Assembly: GCF_001194135.2 (NCBI RefSeq)
Contig: NC_069007.1
Location: forward strand, 18,678,879 to 18,717,734
DNA: 38,856 nucleotides
Origin: Octopus bimaculoides
Taxonomy: Eukaryota
Direction: 5' to 3'
Shown here: piece by piece, positions 34,290-38,856 of the stretch
Layout of the letters: each line of letters begins with the position of its first letter
How positions within the stretch are numbered: the stretch's first letter is position 1
The notes under the pieces: model-generated
Databases searched by the model: none
What the model saw: the letters and a program-made list of their open reading frames with translations, nothing else
Told to the model about the DNA's origin: nothing
Position numbers and translations under genes: made by a program

Positions 34290-35182
34290 CTGATAGATAG
34301 ATAGATAGATAGACTGATTGATAGATAGATAGATAGATAGATAGACACGCACATCACGCCAACAAAATCTAATTAACAACAAAACCACAAGTTTTCTATA
34401 TAAGCACACACATTATTATTCGGCAATTCTATATGCACACACACACACACACATACTTGTGTTTCTGTGTTGATGTTTAATCCTATGTCAACCTCTACCT
34501 CATCAAGTAAGATCTATAACAGAAGGCATTCCAATCATGACCATCCCTTTTTTTCGCATCTACATCAAGACATACAACGTTAAAGATGTTCTTAATGCTT
34601 ATTTTATGAGATAATACAATGTGATCTGAGGGAGGTTCGACTGCTATTACTAACGCTTCCACTGGTCACATAGAGGTTCCTTAGCTTTATATACTAGAAA
34701 TGACAGTCAAATCTCCCTCAAATCACACTCTAACCCTCTTGAATAACGAACCGGCATTTTAAATATTATGTTCACCGAGATATATTTCTGACATGACATG
34801 ATGGTCACGGACGGACGTTTTGGCCAGAAATCTTTTCGACTGCACTGGACACCGGGGCACCAAACAACTCGAGAACGGGTCGTTTGTCGCTCAATCGGCT
34901 AGAAATAGCAGCTAGAAACCCGATCTCTCATTCAACTCGTACACCCTACTGGGTTTTTTTCTTCTTTTTTTTTTCCCTTTCTTCTTAAAGGAAACATACT
35001 TTCCGAATAAAAAGCGGAATTGTCAAGGCTGGAAAGCTTTTGGTCATAGCATGGCTCGTTCAGGGATGGATATTTTCATAACAATAGAACTGTCCAGAAA
35101 AAAGGAGGTGGGGTGGAAATGAACAGATCGGGTGTATGTGTATGCAAAAAAAAAACATATATATATATATGCATGAATATAT

Positions 35183-35213
<31 letters not shown>

Positions 35214-35493
35214 CACATACACTGATATAGGGATAGGTATGTGTGCGTGTATGTGTGTATATATTTATATATATATATATATATATATGTGACAGACAAT
35301 ACAATACTACATATCTACCCTACTTCTTGATTCTACCCGCAAATAGAAAATTAAAAAAATCCTGTTAGCAGGAACAGCAGCAAGCAAGAAGAACCTTATC
35401 ATTAACAGACTTAAATATACATGTGTAATTAATATCTAATTAATCCTCAATAGATTAATTAATAAACACATCAGATATATATATATTACTTAC

Positions 35494-35745
35494 ATTGTGA
35501 AGGCTTTCCTTTTTAATTGTGGCTGGATATAAACAACGACCAATATGTATATATAATATAATGTATATATGTCCGGGACTGGAGGGTGTATATATTTATA
35601 TTTACATATATATATATATATATATTCTCTGTTGTCCTGAAACTAATGTATCTGATGTTGACACACCTCACTAGTGAGGTCACATCCGTCAATTGAGGTC
35701 AAAGCGAAAGGTGACTTCCGTTAAATTAAGGACGTCACATGATTT
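35494..35745 (-). promoter_or_regulatory. Candidate cortactin promoter / non-coding first exon region
   Basis: Minus-strand donor AAT|gtaagt at 35493; nearby cluster of a 16-nt palindrome, two AGGTCA half-sites, ACTTCCG (ETS-like) and GACGTCA (CRE-like). Link to cortactin is inferred only. Confidence 0.25.
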
Positions 35746-36472
35746 TATCTAAATGTAAGGGTAAATCTGTAGTTTAGCTTGTTTTATTTAGTTGTCGTCG
35801 TCAATGAATGGAAATTTAAAAAAATCGAGTAGGAAGTTTCGATGCATCGTTTGAGGCTGACGATTTCTGATATGAATTTGTGGAATAAAAGAAAGATACA
35901 GACAATGAGCGTAGGCGTGGCTGTTTGGTTAAGGAGCTCACTTACCAATCGTGTTGTCATGAGTTCAAATTTCTCACTGTGCGGCACCCCTTGGTCAAGT
36001 GTCTTCTACTATAACCCCGGGCTGAACAACTCGGTGTAAGTGGAATTCGTAGACGGAAACTAAAAGAAGCCCGTCGTATACATGCATATTATAATTATCT
36101 TTTATCCGTTTCAGTTATTAGACTACGGCCATGCCGGGGCATCTCTTTAAAAAGTTTTTAGTCGGCCCCAGTAGTATATTTTTTTTCTTTATGCCAGATA
36201 CATATTCTATCAGGCACTTTTGCCGAACTGCAAGGTTACGGGGACATAAACGCACCAACACCGGTTGCCAAGCGGCAGGGGAGGGGATAAATACACACAC
36301 ACATTCATGCGAGGGGCTTCTTTCAATTTCTGTCTACTAAATGTAGTATTTATATAAGTATGTAGCTTGACATGTCTTTTCTGCTTGAGAAAACACATCA
36401 AACTAAGTGAAACCATAGATGTGGCCAGTGTTGGTGTCACATAAAAGACATCTGTGCCAGAAATACAGAAGA

Positions 36473-36602
36473 GGCACCTGTGCCGGTGACACATAAAAGG
36501 CACCTGTGCCGGTGACACATAAAAGGCACCTGTGCCGGTGACACATAAAAGGCACCTGTGCCGGTGACACATAAAAGGCACCTATGCTGGTGACACGTAA
36601 GA
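36473..36602. repeat. 26-nt minisatellite, 4 perfect copies + 1 degenerate
   Basis: Unit ggcacctgtgccggtgacacataaaa starts at 36473, 36499, 36525, 36551 and (degenerate) 36577; lies within the RTE-like repeat. Confidence 0.9.
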
Positions 36603-36874
36603 GACACCCAGTACACTTTATGGAGTGGTTGGCTTTACGAAGGACATCCACTCATGGAAAGCATGACAAAACAGACTTCCTGTCGGCTTTTGACACATTT
36701 CCTGTGTCCTTATGCTTACAAGGGGGAGACAAGCACCTCCACTTAGCTAAGCCTGCATCCAGAGACATGTTTCTGAGTCTTTGCTCGTCATCAGTCTGAG
36801 CAGTAGTATTATTCCCTTCATGGGACTGTCACACCAGCCTCGGTTGTCAAGCGAAGTTGGGGGGACAAACACAG

Positions 36875-36911
<37 letters not shown>

Positions 36912-38454
36912 CACATATATACGATGGACTTCTATCAGTTTCCATCTACGAAATCCCCTCACAAGTTGACAGCATACAACTACTTTATCGCATCACTACT
37001 GCATAAATCTCTGAGAAATTCAGAAATGTATTATTTCTATTTATATATATATATATACAACGTGGGAGTAACTGTTTTATCGAAAGCGTATATTGTTGTT
37101 AAATGCTTGAAATATGAGAGTAAAAAAACAGCCTTTCAATTGAACAAGCCCAAAGTTGCCATGCAAACTCCCCAGTACTTTTAACATAGATGTTCAAATT
37201 TTCAGGTCAATCCGACCACATTTACTAACACTTTTGCCTGCACAACTGCTTGTGAGACAATGTCCGCCCTGTTCACAAATATATAGTAGAATATATATAT
37301 ATGTATTTATATATATATTATGGACTACGAAAATCCTTTTGGGTAACAAATGAATCAGTGTGTCTTTGCCAAACACACATGCATCTATATGTGTGTGCAT
37401 GTGTGTGTATGCACACATACAGCTATCTTCCTTCCTGCTTAGTTCTATAACAGTTAGACATTGTTCAAGAACAGAACAAGGAACTTTCTTTACCAATTCA
37501 CATTATTTATAGATATTCTTCAACTTCAACTCAAAGCGGAATTTATATAGCAGTGATTATTTTTAGATTCATTACACAAACCTCTTTCTAGACTGCAATT
37601 TTATTCTCTAACGCCATTAAAATATATTCCAAATTATTTTAAAATTTTGTCTTAAGCAGCTGTTTTATCTACGAGAAATAGCAGCCAAAACGTGCAAGTG
37701 GCTGAGCACTCCACAGACACATGTACCCTTAACGTAGTTCTCGGGGATATTCAGCGTGACACAGTGTGACAAGGCTGACCCTTTGAATTACAGGCACAAC
37801 AGAAACAGGAAGTGAGAGAAAGTTGTGGTGAAAGAGTACAGCAGGGTTCGCCACCACCCCCTGCCGGAGCCTCGTGGAGCTCTTAGGTGTTTTCGCTCAA
37901 TAAACATTCACAATGCCCAGTCTGGGAATCGAAACCGCGATCCTATGACCGCGAGTCCGCTGCCCTAACCACTGGGCCTCCACTAAAAGCATTAAGTAGG
38001 AAAATCTTTATTCAATGTCATTAAAAAGAAACAAACATGATGAGGTCATTTAGAATTAAAATACTTGCAGAGAATTTTCCTCCGGCATAAGTGTTCCCAG
38101 TGAAGTTTCCTATAATCCACTTATTTCCCTGGATAAGTGATTTAATTTAAGAGTCTATACTTGTCCGAGAAGAGCTGCTTGGGTCAAGAGGAAGGAGGAG
38201 GAATGGGAGGGAAGCCGGACATATCAGAGAACGAATTAATGAAGAGATCATAGAGCAAGGAGGACCAGTAGGAGGGGAGAGAGAGAGAGAGAGAGAGAGA
38301 AAGTGGTGAGGAGTCGAGAAAGGGAATGTGGTGGTGATGGTGGTGGTGGTAATGGTCTTGTTGGGTGTGAGTTTCACATTGGTAAGATACTCTTCAGAAT
38401 GAGACGGAACTAAATATAGAAAAGCAGTAGTGTTGTTTCTCTCTCTCTCTCTCT

Positions 38455-38648
38455 CTTTTACTCGTTTCAGTCATTTGACTGCGGCCATGCTGGGGCACCG
38501 CCTTTTAGTTGAGCAAATCGACCCCAGGTTTTATTCTTTGTAAGCCTAGTACTTATTCTAATGGTCTCTTTTTGCCGAACCACTAAGTTACGGGGGACGT
38601 AAACACACCAGCCTCGGTTGTCAAGCGAAGTTGGGGGGACAAACACAG

Positions 38649-38697
<49 letters not shown>

Positions 38698-38856
38698 TAC
38701 GATGGGCTTCTATCAGTTTCCATCTACGAAATCCACTCACAAGGTTTTGGTCAGCCCGAGACTATAGCAGAAGACACTTGCCCAAGGTGCCACGCAGTGG
38801 GACTGAACCCAGAACCATGTGGTTGGTAAGCAAGCTACTTACCACACAGCCACTCC
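38455..38856 (-). mobile_element. tRNA-derived SINE family A copy
   Basis: Reverse complement of the family A sequence. Partial copies also occur near 2081-2345, 33180-33340, 35905-36340 and 36820-36965. Confidence 0.85.

Noticed and set aside
38147-38280. Purine-rich plus-strand open stretch (ESILVREELLGSRG...EQGGPVGGE)
   Set aside because: No recognisable family, no convincing donor, and it runs into a (GA)n tract.

Overview
AT-rich, microsatellite- and SINE-dense eukaryotic scaffold segment with many assembly gaps. The repeat content looks like an octopod cephalopod (inferred from recall, not searched). The only well-supported gene is a minus-strand cortactin (CTTN/HS1 family). Fourteen coding exons are visible between 25147 and 4009, encoding the acidic DDW N-terminus, cortactin repeats, a helical region, a Glu-rich linker and the first part of the SH3 domain. 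One 55-nt repeat exon and the terminal SH3 exon are not visible and probably lie in gaps. The repeat region is expanded to 10 GGK motifs in two ways. One is a non-adjacent exon duplication whose upstream intron flank is better conserved than the exon. The other is a 380-nt exon carrying three extra intronless 36-aa variant repeats. The introns hold a perfect 31-bp hairpin near a cassette exon and a spacerless palindrome of about 480 nt, made of two tRNA-headed SINE-like elements. Each arm carries a minimal Penelope-type hammerhead-ribozyme-like motif. Mariner remnants, TA- and TTAA-flanked MITEs and nested SINEs are also present. Almost all ORFs in the supplied track are gap, microsatellite or repeat artefacts.
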